Shown here in pieces: positions 50,311 to 63,190 of a DNA stretch of 64,000 nt. The notes beneath the pieces are model-generated. The model was not told the origin of the DNA and ran no database searches. It was given only the letters and a program-made list of their open reading frames with translations. The stretch is from Mobula hypostoma. Its lineage: Eukaryota. The stretch covers positions 83,888,001 through 83,952,000 of the forward strand of contig NC_086108.1 of the NCBI RefSeq assembly GCF_963921235.1, written 5' to 3'. The position numbers were made by a program, and so were the translations under genes. Position 1 is the first letter of the stretch. Every line of letters begins with the position of its first letter.

Positions 50311-52940
50311 AAACAATGTTGCTCATGATCTAATCTCTAAACAAACATTCTACAACAGCAACAAAACTGGCAAGTGGAAAATACTGCCTGCATATGCTCT
50401 GCACATGCAGGACAAATCCAAGTTCAGTATCAGTCATCAGCAAAGTGACAGATCAGATTGGATGCTGTTCTCAATCGTACGATGAAGTAGCACTTGTACC
50501 AGCAACTGCTTCTTATCACTACCTCTTATACCAGCTTTGGTACATGGATAGGCAAAAGACTGAACTCTCAAGGCAGGACAAGAACGGCTGCTCTTGCATC
50601 ATGACAATAAATTGTCCTAGTAGGAACTGAAATCAGCATGAATCTGTGGAGAACTCTTATCATAGACCATTCTAATGTAGTCCATCATCAACCAAAAATT
50701 GAATGGAATATGTGCATAAATATTATGGCCACAAGCACTGATTAAAAACTGTGTGCCCTGCAATGAGTTGCTCACATCCTGGCTTCCAAAATCCTTTTCG
50801 CCATAAACAGTAAGAAATGAGGGAGTGAGGTGGAATGTTTTTACTTACCACTTATCTTTTACCACCACCTTTGCTCTCTTCCAAACCACACATATTTCTA
50901 GCTTAGACGGTCACAGTGCCTTCAGTGTCAATCAGTCAGCATGTTGAAACGTTCTCCCACGTCAACGTGAGAGTACTTCACCACAAAATCAGTTGCTGGA
51001 CCTTTCCACAACCTCATGAATAAAACAAAATTCTTCTGACAGAAATGGCTTTAAACTTCTTAACAATACCTGTTGAACAACTGTGAAGAAAGTATAGTAC
51101 TACAAAGAAACAAATTGCAATACTGTATTTCCTTCACAATTGCATTAGCACTTTCCAGTTCATAAAATTACAATTTAAATTATCTGCTTTCACTGGTAAC
51201 TAGAGTATACTGTTCTTAGGATAGATCATCAGTGAGCAATATCCTTTGCAATTTCACTGCCACGCGTACAGGGAAAGCAAAGGTTGTACGTTTCAGAGAC
51301 GCACAGGAATTCTGCAGATGCTGGAAATATTGAGCGTCATACACAAAATGATGGAGGAAATCAGCAGGTCAGGCATACACAGCTCCAAAGTTTTGTGCGT
51401 GCCAGCCTGATCTGAGTTTCTCTGTCATTCTGTACATTCAATTCTGGCACTTCAGCTTAACCGTTCCATAGTTACATAGGTGGCATTGAGAAGCATTATG
51501 TGAAGTAAACATCTTTCTGTTGCTTTCTTCATTTATCTAGAATGTATCCTATCTGGACCAGGGGGCTTCTTATACTTTAGTTCTGTTTTTATAAATGTCT
51601 ACATGAAGCAGTTATATAATGAACACTATGCATAATGTCCATTTTCGTATTGGATAAAAAGTGATTGGCAACAAAAGGGTGCAGTAGCGAAGAGATTTGA
51701 TCGGCTAAAAACAAGTGAACTGGAGGTGCTTAAAGAGCTGGTCGTACTCAAGATGGAAAATTCTCCTGGTCCATTTAGGATGCATTCTCGAGGACAAGGT
51801 GGTAATGACTGGAGTTCTGGCTGTGGTGCCAAAGGAAAAGGTTGCAGCTAGACACCTGCAAACTTTACAGCCCTCTATAAAACAAAACTAACAAATCCAA
51901 TAAATTGGGGACTTACAAGGAGAAGGCAAGAGAGTGGTATTCAGAGGAATAATAAATCAGCCATGATGGTATGGTGGGCTAAACTCGACGGGCCAAATGG
52001 CCAGTCTGCTCTTAAGTCTTATGGTCAAATTTAGATCAATATAATTTCAATTGCGAGGGAACTTTCAGTGGTAATAATACATAGCAAAATTATCAGAAGG
52101 AAATTTACGAGTTATCCGATCAAAGCCCAGCACAGATTTGTTAAAAGTAAATCATCTGTAACCAGCTTCACTGAGATCTTTATGAAGCAAGAGAGGGAGA
52201 TAATTCAGGCAGTATGGTTAATAATACGACTATGGACTTGAACGGTTTTATTGAAACTTTTTTTTTTGATTTAGCACAATCATGTTACTATTTTTGAATA
52301 ATTTCAAATACAAAAATCTGTGCTCATCTTCTGACATTCATTTTGATTTTTACTGCTTTGAATTTTGAGGATTATACTAAATTCAAGTAGTGTTACCAAT
52401 AAGTGATTATATAATCACCTCTGAAATTATTGAAGTAAATAGTATAAGGCAGCAACATGAATCTTCCCTGTTTTTATATTGTTTTGTCCACTGCATTACA
52501 TTTCTAAGGTAAAAGAACTGAAAGGTGCAAATACGACTGCCTGTGACAGTATAATCCAAAGATCCATTTCAAAGGTGTGTTTGATGGTAGAGTCTTTAAT
52601 AGAACACATGTTAACAATGGGAATATTCTTGTCCATTTGTGAGTACAATTCATTATCTATCTATATGTACATAGAGTACATACGCATACACATATATGCG
52701 TAGACATAAGGACTGTGCAAAAGACATAGGCACATATATATAGCTTGGGTGCCTAAGACTTTTATATAGTCCTGTATTTGTGATCTTTTTCTCCTCTCGG
52801 ATATACAAGCTCACTCTCCACTCCCATGTTCCAGTAGAAATTTCTCCAGACAGAACTAAAAAACTGATGATGAGAAATGTTTTCTTTTCACACAAGTTAT
52901 ACTCCTGAATGATTAATAGGAACAACTTTAATAACAATTG

Positions 52941-53147
52941 CCGGCTGGTGGCATAGTGGCATCAGCGCCAGACTTCGGTGCGAAGCCTCTCGAGTTTGAA
53001 TCCAGCCGGCTCCCTTGCATGTTTTTCATCCGTGCTGGGTTGAGTGTTGAGCTAGCAACTCGGCATCATAAAAATAAGAAAGCTTGCTAAAAAACGCCAT
53101 CATGATGGCGTCCCAATGGCTCTCTAAGGGCTTTCTTATTCTTCTTC
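52941..53147 (+). mobile_element. Short tRNA-headed SINE with (TTC)n tail
   Basis: A-box TGGCATAGTGG, B-box GTTTGAATCC, hairpin CGCCATCATGATGGCG, TTCTTCTTC end. Confidence 0.65.
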
Positions 53148-53189
53148 ATGACAAGCTTCAAAATGCAGATGTTTAAAAACTTGAAGGTA

Positions 53190-53855
53190 AAAGATGGCAC
53201 AAGTGAAGCACAGCGACAACTTGCTGGCAGCAAACACAACCATTAATTACTTTATTACTCTCACTTTATCTTGAAAATGATCGCTGCAATCAATAGCCTG
53301 TACAGGCCGAATGATGGCTGCAGAGCCCAGGCTTGAAAGTGATGAACGACCCACTGTGTGGCCAATTTAAGCGGCATGCCAGATAAGAGAGGCCATGTAT
53401 GGGCCAAGTCAAGCCAGTGGTGCACAGCCCCAACTGCAACACATTCGAGAGTGAAGAATGACATGAGGTTTGACCAATTTAAGCACCGAACCAGATTATA
53501 AAGGTCAGGGTGGTGGGGCCAGAAGTGAGGGACAGGTCAGTGTTCAGCTCACTACTCCGTGCTGTTTACTCGTCTCTGCTCTGAACACAGGCTGTGGCTT
53601 GCAACTAGCGGGCTCCAGGATCGTCTATGGTAATGATTGGCTTCATGCCTGTGGACTCAAATTCGTAAACTTCAGTTCTGAATGTTATTTGCTTACTTTT
53701 ATTGTTTGCACAATTTGTTTCTTTTTCTGCACATTGGGTGTTTGACAGTCTTTTTTTTAAAATGGGTTCTATTAAGCTTCTTTGTTTTGTGGCTGCCTGC
53801 AAGGAGATGCATCCCAAGGTTGTATATCTACTTTGATAATAAATGGAATTTGAAC
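53190..53855 (+). mobile_element. Non-coding retroposon with AAGATGGC start and Rex-like 3' tail
   Basis: Ends GTGGCTGCCTGCAAGGAGATG...TACTTTGATAATAAATGGAATTTGAAC. Confidence 0.5.
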
Positions 53856-54329
53856 TGTGAGCTGTGGTTATGGTTGAATTAAGCAGTTCTTTCAAAGATG
53901 CATGAGGCACTAAATTTTTTTCTCTGCTATATCAATGGAATAACTCATCATTTTAAACACACAGAGATACTCAGTAACAAACTAAACACCAGAAAATGTT
54001 TTTTTTACAGGCCTGCCTACTGGTATCTCAGCACTGTTTGCATAATATTATCTTCACACACTGTGTCAGAATGAGTAACTGCAGCCAATGATACAAATCA
54101 GGATCTTCTTCCATCAAAATTTGGGAAATCCAAAGAAATAATTAATTCACAAATGACTCCTGATTTATTCCAACACCCACACTATACTTTAGTAATTTAA
54201 GTACAATTTCTTTCAATTGACTTGTGCTATAGAAATGCCTTTTTTAACATTGAACTCCAACAAGACTACGTCTAGTGAACTATTATAAATTGCACAACAG
54301 CTGTGCAACAATATGTTTTCCTCCCAAAT

Positions 54330-54555
54330 TAAGTTAGACTGTTGAAGCTTCTGCAATAATATCTTTCAAATGAGATGTGAAACTGAGGGCTCATCTGTCC
54401 TCTCGGAAGAAATAAGGAAGATCCATCAGCACTTTTTCCATCAAGGGCAGCAGAGTTTACTCTGGTGCCTTGAATGATATTTATTTCCTCAACCAGCCTT
54501 ATCAAAACTGTTTGTTGGTCATTGCCATATTGCTGTTTATATGGGAGACTATGTT
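54330..54555 (+). mobile_element. Ancient Deu-domain SINE fragment
   Basis: TCTTTCAAATGAGATGTGAAACTGAGGGC...GATCC...GCAC...ATATTTATTTCCTCAACCA; related to 46290..46685. Confidence 0.55.
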
Positions 54556-54569
54556 GTAGAGCAGTTTCA

Positions 54570-54978
54570 AACTCCTGAGAGTGCACATCTCGCAGACCTC
54601 TCATGTTCCCAGTACACATTCTCCGCTGTCAAGAACGCTCCCCCTACTTTCTGAGGAGGCCAATGAGATCTAGTTTACTCACAACCTCCTACAGATGCAC
54701 AGTGGCAAGCATTTTAACCTTCTTCATCAAATGTGTAGCACAGAAACTGCACTGTGGCAGACAGTGCCCAAAGCTTCACCAGCACCAGACTACCTGCCAT
54801 CAACAACTTATATACAGCAGGAAAGTCCCAGAAAAAGACCAACAACATCATGAAGGATCCCTCCGACCCTGCTTATGGACTATTAAATTCTTTATGCTTA
54901 TTGTACATAGGATTCAGAGTAACAATCATTTCATTCTCCTTTACACATGTGTACTGAATAAAGAATCTTGAATCTTGA
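54570..54978 (+). mobile_element. Degraded Rex1 3' fragment
   Basis: YRCTVASILT and NNIMKDPSDPAYGL remnants; AATCTTGAATCTTGAA tail. Confidence 0.7.
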
Positions 54979-56391
54979 AGAGGCATTTAGACTTGCACTT
55001 CAATAGGAAGGGGAGAGGAGTATACAGCTCTAAAAATGGGATTAGTGGAGATGGACAAAAGGTTAGCATGAACATGGGCTGATGGACCTGTTTCTGTGCA
55101 GTAGAGTCATTTGCATTGACAGGAGCAAAAATAAAATACTTTTAAGTGCCTCAGGGCACCCAGAGATAGTGAAAGGCACAAGTGCAAGCTTTTTTTAAAA
55201 TTCTGCTCCATTGTTATTCCAGAAGGTCAACTCGATTCTCTATCTGGACAGCATCTAATGTGACAAAGTCAAATTAATGAGGAATCAGCATGCATTGTTC
55301 ATTTTTGATCCAACAGCAAACTCCTAAGTCACTGTTAAATACCTGTCAACTCTTACACCATTGTTTAAAATGTAACTAATTCTTTCATTCTGCTTTGTAA
55401 CTGAAGATTTCCAAGAACTTTAGTTCCTTTTATGGGTCCAATGATTGGATTGTAATACAGCTTTATCCGATTTCTCAGAGTACTGTCTCCAGTAGGAATA
55501 AACAAGAAACAGGAATTCTAATATCAGGTTGACTTCAGGGTCGTGACACAGTTTGTTAATATTACTGAGTCGAACAATCTTTGCATTTGTTAGCCAGATG
55601 GTTTTGTTTTTTCCACAATGATCCTCAAGTTTTATTTAAAGGAGTACTTTAAGGCCATTAAGTGGAGAATATCACATAACAGGAATGGAACATTCTTCTA
55701 TTTTGGGTATCTCGTTTTGCAAACACAGACTATGAAGTATAAACCAACTATAGAACAACATTCCCTATGATGTGGTTAAAGGGCTGTATTTGCATCTCAT
55801 AATTCCTATACCAGCTATCTCTTTCGCAATCAGTTGAGAAGACTTCTGATAATGACAGCAATTACTGTTCATCCTCAATGCAGCCCAGACCAATTAAAGA
55901 TGGCAGATTTACTTTCATAAGATGCATTAGTGAACCAGAGTAGTTTTTGCAACAATTCATTGTGGACATACAAAATTTAACCCTGAATTATGTGAAAATA
56001 TTACAATTTTTTGACCTTGAGCCCAGAAACACAAGGTCTAGTGTTTCCTAATATCACCTATACGGAAAAAAAGGATCTTTGATTCAGATTAGTTTATTGG
56101 CATATATAAGGAAATACCTTGGTTCAGTAAACAATATCCATGGTAATAGTAAATGCACCAAATATAGCAGAAAGGTTAATCAGTATGGGCACAATTCAAT
56201 TTAAACACAAAGGAGATGGAATTGGAATTGGATTATTACTGTTGCATGTACTGAGATACTGTGAAAAGCTTGTCTTGATCAAATCATTACACAACAAATG
56301 CAAATATCCTTCAGTTTGCAACCATTGATTTACAAGTTTTCACTACATGCCTGATTAAGGGTATGAGTTTTTGATTCACAAACATATTTAT

Positions 56392-57007
56392 CAAGTACAG
56401 GAGCAGGGAGGTACTACTGCAGTTGTACAAGGCCTTGGTGAGACCACACGTGGAGTATTGTGTGCAGTTTTGGTCACTTAATCTGAGGAAAGACCTTCTT
56501 GCCATACAGGGAGTACAAAGAAGGTTCACCAGATTGATTCCTGGGATGGCAGGACTTTCATCTGATGAAAGACTGGATCGACTAGGCTTATACTCTCTGG
56601 AATTTAGAAGATTGAGGGGGGATCTTACTGAAACATATAAAATTCTAAAGGGATTGGACAGGGTAGATGCAGGAAGATTGTTCCCAATGTTGGGGAAGTC
56701 CAAAACGAGGGGTCACAGTTTGAGGATAAAGGGGAAGCCTTTTAGGACTGAGATGAGGAAAAACTTCTTCACACAGAGAGTGGTGAATCTGTAGAATTCT
56801 CTGCCACAGGAAACAGTCAAGGCCAGTTCATTGGCTATATTTAAGAGGGGGTTAGATATGGCCCTTGTGGCTAAAGGGATCAGGGGGTATGGAGAGGAGG
56901 CAGGTACAGGGTTCTGAGTTGGATGATCAGCCATGATCATACTGAATGGCGGTGCAGGCTTGAAGGGACGAATGGCCTACTCCCGCACCTATTTTCTATG
57001 TTTCTAT
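56392..57007 (+). mobile_element. CR1 3' fragment (same young family as 5377..6887)
   Basis: ORF 56423..56794 and (TTTCTATG)n tail. Confidence 0.95.
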
Positions 57008-57609
57008 CATTACAATGAGTGGTGCACCATTCCCCATCCACAGGAATATCAAGGCTGCCATTTTGCCCAGCCTTTTCTATTTGTGAAATTACCTTTAAGA
57101 AAACTTCTTACGGAAATGTATCTTATTTTTGCACATAGAGGATTAGCTATAAAAAGGGTATGTGAATTCTATGCAAACACATCCACCAGAGGGATCAAGG
57201 TCAATCTGAACGCCATTTAGAGAAGCAATGAACAGTTTCTTTCAACAAGAGGTAGATTGGCAATTGAATCATTTCTGAGTGTCACTCACTCTAACACAGA
57301 AATCCCATTTCTTTGAGGTCTTTGCCACTGTTATTCTGCCTATTTACCACTTTTGAGCCTGTCATGGAGTGCCAAAATGCAGCAACCTCAGCTATTTCCG
57401 ATTAATTACTCAGGGGTATGTGGGTGCTAAATCTGTGCCAAGTTAAACCTGACTGGGATCTGATAACTTTCATTTTAATAGAGAGCAAAGGCTCAGAGGG
57501 AGACCAGCATTTTTCAGATAACAGGCTTTTTAAGAATTAAGCATACACTCAGTATTTCAATATATTTTATCATTTTTGTATTTTCTTTTATTTTGAGTTT
57601 CTTAACCAT

Positions 57610-57776
57610 TTTAAGAAGCACAGTGGACATTTCGGGCTGAGACGTCCTGACGAAGGGTCTCAGCCCGAAACATCGACTGTTTCTTCCTATGGATGCTGCC
57701 TGGCCTGCTGCGTTCCACCAGCATTTTGTGTGTGTTGCTTGAATTTCCAGCATCTGCAGATTTCCTCGTGTTTGCA
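57610..57776 (+). mobile_element. Penelope mini-element with short 5' inversion
   Basis: TSD TTCTTAACCAT 57599..57609 / 57777..57787. Confidence 0.85.
57644..57679 (+). ncRNA. Hammerhead ribozyme motif, core intact
   Basis: GTC-CTGACGA-AGGGTCTCAGCCC-GAAA-CATC-GACTG. Confidence 0.55.
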
Positions 57777-60700
57777 TTCTTAACCATGTTTGTGCTTTTT
57801 ATTATTTAATAATAGCACTTTGAATAGATTTCTCTATCTCTCAATCAGAGATATCCATAGACATTTAAACACTTTTGACAGGTTTAACGACCTGCAAATT
57901 TTGCTGTGTGATTTAGCCAAGGGGTGAGATTTACACTTTGAGCAAAAAGATGTTATACTCATCAGCCGTCACAAAAAATAGCAGCAGGATTCTGACCCTT
58001 ATTTAATATTTTGGAACACCTTTAAATGATAAGCGTCGTGCTGAGTTGTAATAATTAAATTCATAATGATGAGTAATTGTCACTCTATCTCCTGGCCAAA
58101 TCGGATTAAATGGTCACTTATTCCCTGGACTTTGTGAAACCATGTGCGCAAATTAGTTGCCACAATTAGTTACAAAACAGCAGGAGGACACTTCAAATGG
58201 AATTGGTTGTAAAGTGTTTGAAGTTGTGAAATATACCAAAAACTAAAAGGTTTCAGCACTGAAACAGCACTGGAAATTAGTAAGGTATATAAGGTCCAAG
58301 GCAAAACATCACAGAAAATGCGCCACATACAAAGCTTTGTGCTGGGAGATTTAATTGCATATTTTGTTAAAATGAAATGAATACCCTCACTGGGTTTACT
58401 ATGATTTTAAAGATATGAAGAGTTGACAAGTTTTAAATCAGTAGTAATGCAAATCATTATGTTCATGAACAGTGTAGAATACAAAGTTATTTGAACTACA
58501 TTGGTGGAAAACAAAACAAATATTTTGAGAGTAGCATGATAACTTAGGACCTAGAGAATATAAAGTTAATCCACAGGGTTCAGGAAATGCCAGAAGTTGA
58601 AACTGAACATACATAGGAAGTAAGACAGGGGGCCATTTGACCCATCAAACCTACACCACTATTTGAGGAGATCACAGCTAAGATAATACAGGTTTCTGGA
58701 TATTTGCTAGCAAAAATCTATTAAATATACTTGCTTCAGAAGGTGCAGAAGCATTTACACAATAGCTTTATTTGACTTGATTTAACAAGAAATAGGAAAT
58801 TCCATTCTCAAGCTCTTTTGAAGGAGTTCCTTTAACGATAGACAATCAACTGGCCAATTTCCAAGCAACACCCCCTTTCCATTTCGAATTTTTAACTGAG
58901 CCTTCTCTAATTTCTGACATCATATGGTCCTTAGCAACATTCTTTCATTTCACATTTTTAGTAAGTCCACATTGTGTCAAATCATTCTGCCTCCAGTTAA
59001 AAAGAAACTTTCGAACTGATTTCAGAGCCCGAGTCCGACTAGCACCAACTGTCCTTTCTGAGTTTCTGCCTCTATGGAATCTGTTTAAGGTTCAGCAAAA
59101 GATTACACTCAAAACAGCCTTTGACATATTACTTGTGGTTTGCTTATCTTTGTATTTCAAACCTACTGTGTGTCCCCTTTGGCTATGAGTAATACATGCC
59201 ACTAACCACACTGACTGCTAATTCTGTAGTTGGAGTTTAAGACACCACTAACAATATATTTGTCATGTGCCAAACAGATGAACTGCATTATTCAATCCCA
59301 ATTTCCACCACAAAATATGTCATTATAATGCATATATTTTAACAACTCTTACCCACTCTATTACTGAGAATTGATAAAAGCCATCCCAAAATGACAAAGT
59401 GGAACAAACTAGGACATAGCAATTAGTTGTCAGCCTTGTGTAATGTACAACAGCACATGACATCAGTGAATTGCCATTAGGAGACAGTGGTTCTTTTGTT
59501 GGCTCAGTTTGATTGCAATCTCTGGACTATTTCTTCATACTGGGTAGCTGAAGTGGTCAGTATCATCTGCATTTCTGCCAGTCAAAAAAGCTCCCACTAT
59601 TGAAATATCACGTCCTGATGCTCTTTAGATAACGTGACAGCAGTTGATCCAGGGTTATCATACATAGTCCACAGCTATGGATCCAAAACCATAATGTCTA
59701 TGTTCAAATCATAAGTCAGTTCTGACATTTATACCTACCTTTTTAAAGCAAATAATTTGTGTCACTTAATCTCTAAAACACTTCCTAACTCCTCGGTGAG
59801 ACCAGATATTAGAATTGCCTAACCTGCAGCCCCTCCTATATTGGCAGCACAGTGAAATGAGGAGGAATTACTAAATTGTTCAGTTAAGTACTGAACATGT
59901 GAATGATAAAACATTCCACTTTTGCTAATTAACCCAAATGAAACTCAGACCCTGTCTGTGCAAACCATTGTAAATAGTGACTGAAATTTTTCTTTAAGTA
60001 GATTATCTTGAAGTATATTTTAGTCACGTAAAATTCTTTCCTATTCACCTCAATCACTACTTAGATAAAAATAGCTGGAAATATGAGCTGATAGCAACAG
60101 TGTATATATGAGAGAAAGGATCAATCATTAATTGGAGTCAGAATAGGCAAAGAATGAGCAAGAGTAAAGGAAAGAAACACTCAATGTAGGAAAACAAGTA
60201 ACTTTTTTTTAAAACTCAGAACATACTTTAATAACAATTTATTTCTTATTACTAATTAAAATCAACAAAGACTATGCCAATGTGAACATTTCATGAAATT
60301 CACTGAAAGATTGGGAGCAAATTCATTCAGCAGTTTGGGTAAACTAGAATTCATGGCAGAACATTCTTGGGAGGTGACTGGCCTGAATACTTGTGGAAAT
60401 ATATCCGTAGTTCTGAAAGAATGAAGTTGTTTTCAGTGGCTTGTGGCAATTTTACCAGCCATGTTCCAAAGTGTGGGGATGCAAAATTGCTGTAGTTCCC
60501 TTTCACTTTTGGTGGGAAATCTTGCCAAACAATCTGTAACAAATTGGACCAGATACCGGACCAGTTTCCTTATTCATTTGTATTCAAGGGACAACATGTG
60601 AGCAATTAATGTATTCATTTAAATAATTCTGGTGAATTGTTTTTGATTATTTGCTTTTATTTAATTTTATCTTTATGTCTACTTGAAATGTATAGTTTGA

Positions 60701-61139
60701 AACTCTGCCTCTACACCATGTTCTACAGTCCACACCAAGGGAATCCCCTCAGAATCCACCCACCCTTCAGAATCATGCAAAGGTCTTCACTGTCAGCAAC
60801 ACACCTTTCAAGCTTCAGTTGAGGCCGATGGGGACTTCTACTGTGATCTTAAAGTATCTTCGTCTGCTTCCCAAAGCAAGAACTAATTCTCCTAGGCAAC
60901 TTCAATCCAGGGGAAGAAGGGATGCAATTTTCTGGCAAGGCATAATTAACAACAAAAGTATAGGGAAGGCCAACTCCTATAGCATCCTTGTCCAGACAAA
61001 ATGCTTGGACAACAGACAACAAACAGCCTTTGACAGGGGGATACTCACAAGATATCCTGTCAACATTTCTGGTCGAGGGAGGCCCAAGAAAGGGGTCACA
61101 ATGTTGTTCGCATCATCCCTGCCATGATAGATATCAATT

Positions 61140-61512
61140 TCTCCTTCTAGTAAACAAATTCTCCCTGCCTCCCCCTTCCTATATTTCCCACTCCAACCTT
61201 TTACATCTTCTCACCTGCCTTTTAATTCCCCTGGGTCCACTCTCCTCTCCTATCAGACTCCTACTTCTCCAGCCCTTGACCTTTCTCACAACCTGGCTTC
61301 ACCGACCATCTTCCAGCTAGCCTCTTTCCCCTCGCTCCCTCCATCTTTTTATTCTGGCATCTTCTCCATTCCTTCTCAGTCCTGAGGAAGGGTCTCAGCC
61401 TGAAAAGTTGGCCATCTATTCATTTCCATAGATGCTGCCTGACCTGCTGAGTTCCTCCAGCATTTTGTGTGTGTTGCTTTGGATTTACAGCATCTGCATT
61501 CTTTCTCCTGTG
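61140..61512 (+). mobile_element. Penelope 3' terminal repeat with hammerhead motif (61377..61414)
   Basis: Pyrimidine tract, then CAGTC-CTGAGGA-AGGGTCTCAGCCT-GAAA-AGTT and the shared tail. Confidence 0.8.
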
Positions 61513-62409
61513 ACTGATAAATGCTGTACTGACTGCTTCATACTTTTTATTATAAAGGCCAACATTGCATCAATTCATTTTGTATGACAACATTGTGTAG
61601 ACTCATCCCCTTCAAATAATAACTTGTTTCTTCATTCTTCCTTCCAAAGGCATAACCTCACATTTCCCTGCAAAATATTCCATATATCAACTTCTTGACC
61701 ACTAACTTAACCTTTCAATATCACTTTACAGGCTTCAAATATTTTTATAACTTTTAACAGCCAGGGCATGGATTAGCCTGCTGCCAAAAGCTTTCCAATT
61801 GTCTTATGGACAGAGCTTGTTCTGCTGTGCCATGTGATGCCAGTTTGTTCCAAAAAGCTAACAGCCAAATGAACCCAGCTTCACCCTGTATGTCCATGAT
61901 GGGCAAACCAGTCCCGGTAATTGGATCATTTTCATTGGCCTGCAGCGAGGTCAGGTGGCTCACTGCAGACTTCAAATTTCTCCCCAGTGCCAGTTTATGT
62001 ATTAAACTTGAGATTATATTTCCTTCTGACGCCACAATAAGCAGGAGGGTATGTAATAAATGGCAGGATACTGAGCAATGATGAGGAACAAAGGAAAATT
62101 ACAGGTCATTCAGATGGTTATAAAAGGCATAAAGGAAGTTTTGATTTATTAGTCAAAGCATGGAATATACAAGTAGGGAGGTTGAGTTTCATTAAAATAA
62201 AAGTTCTTGCAGGTTTGACACGGCAGATCCAGGGACAATTTCTCTGTGGTAGAATCAAGGATCACAGTCTCAAAGTAAGTAATCAACTATTAAAACAAGT
62301 GAATAGAAGATATTTCTTCATTCAAAAAGTTGGGAACCTTTGGATTTTTTGACCAAAGAAGGCTATGCAGGTTAGAGACTGTGAACAATCAAGGAGACAA
62401 TTGGATATT

Positions 62410-62668
62410 AGGAAAATCAGCTCCACCATGAACAGTCCCAAACACAGCTGCAAAAGTAGGAGGGTTGGGTATAGGTGTAGCAACCCTATCCTATTAAAAA
62501 CCCCGGCACAACAGAAACACCAACAGAAGCTCCAAAGACTTTATCCCCAGGAGAGGAAGGATCTTAAATGGTCTACACTTTGGGACAACTGGAAAGACTG
62601 GATCAGGATAGAGGGCTCTGGCAAGCTGCTGACAGTGGCCTATGCACCAGTAGTGAACACCGGCTTAA
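62410..62668 (+). mobile_element. Short RTE-derived non-autonomous retroposon (tentative)
   Basis: GGAGGGTTGGG...AGCAACCC 5'-like motif and GGCCTATGCACCAGTAGTG...GGCTTAA 3'-like end. Confidence 0.4.
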
Positions 62669-62724
62669 AGACAGAGAGACATAAGTTAAGGTTTATAAGA
62701 TTAGTACATGAAAGTGACTGTGAA

Positions 62725-63190
62725 GTAAAAGCAACACACACAAAATGCAGCATCTATGGAGTGAAATAAACAGATGACGTTTCAGGCTGAGACCCTTCAT
62801 CAGAAAGGGGGATGAAGATAGAATAAAAAGATTAGGGGGAGGTTGGGGGAGAAGTGCAAGCAGGCAAGTGATTGGTGCAGCCTGGTGAAGGGGAAGGTGG
62901 GTGGATGGGTGAGGGATTGAGATGAAGTGAGAAACCGGGAGGTGAAAGGTGGAAGAAGTAAAAAGCTGCAGGAGGAAGGAATCGGATTGGAGTGGAGATG
63001 AGAGTGGACAGTGGGAGAAAGGGAAGGAGGCGGAGCACCAGAGGGAAGTGATGGGCAGATGAGGAGAAGAGAACGGGTAAGAGGGGAGCCAGAATGGGTA
63101 GTGGATACAGAGAGAACAGGGAAGAGGAGAAAAATTACCAAAAGTTAAGTAATCAATATTCATGTCATCAGGTTGGAGGCTACCCAAGTA
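62725..63190 (-). mobile_element. Penelope 3' fragment with hammerhead core (62771..62803)
   Basis: LGSLQPDDMNID remnant; CTGATGA-AGGGTCTCAGCCT-GAAA-CGTC, stem I lost. Confidence 0.8.
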
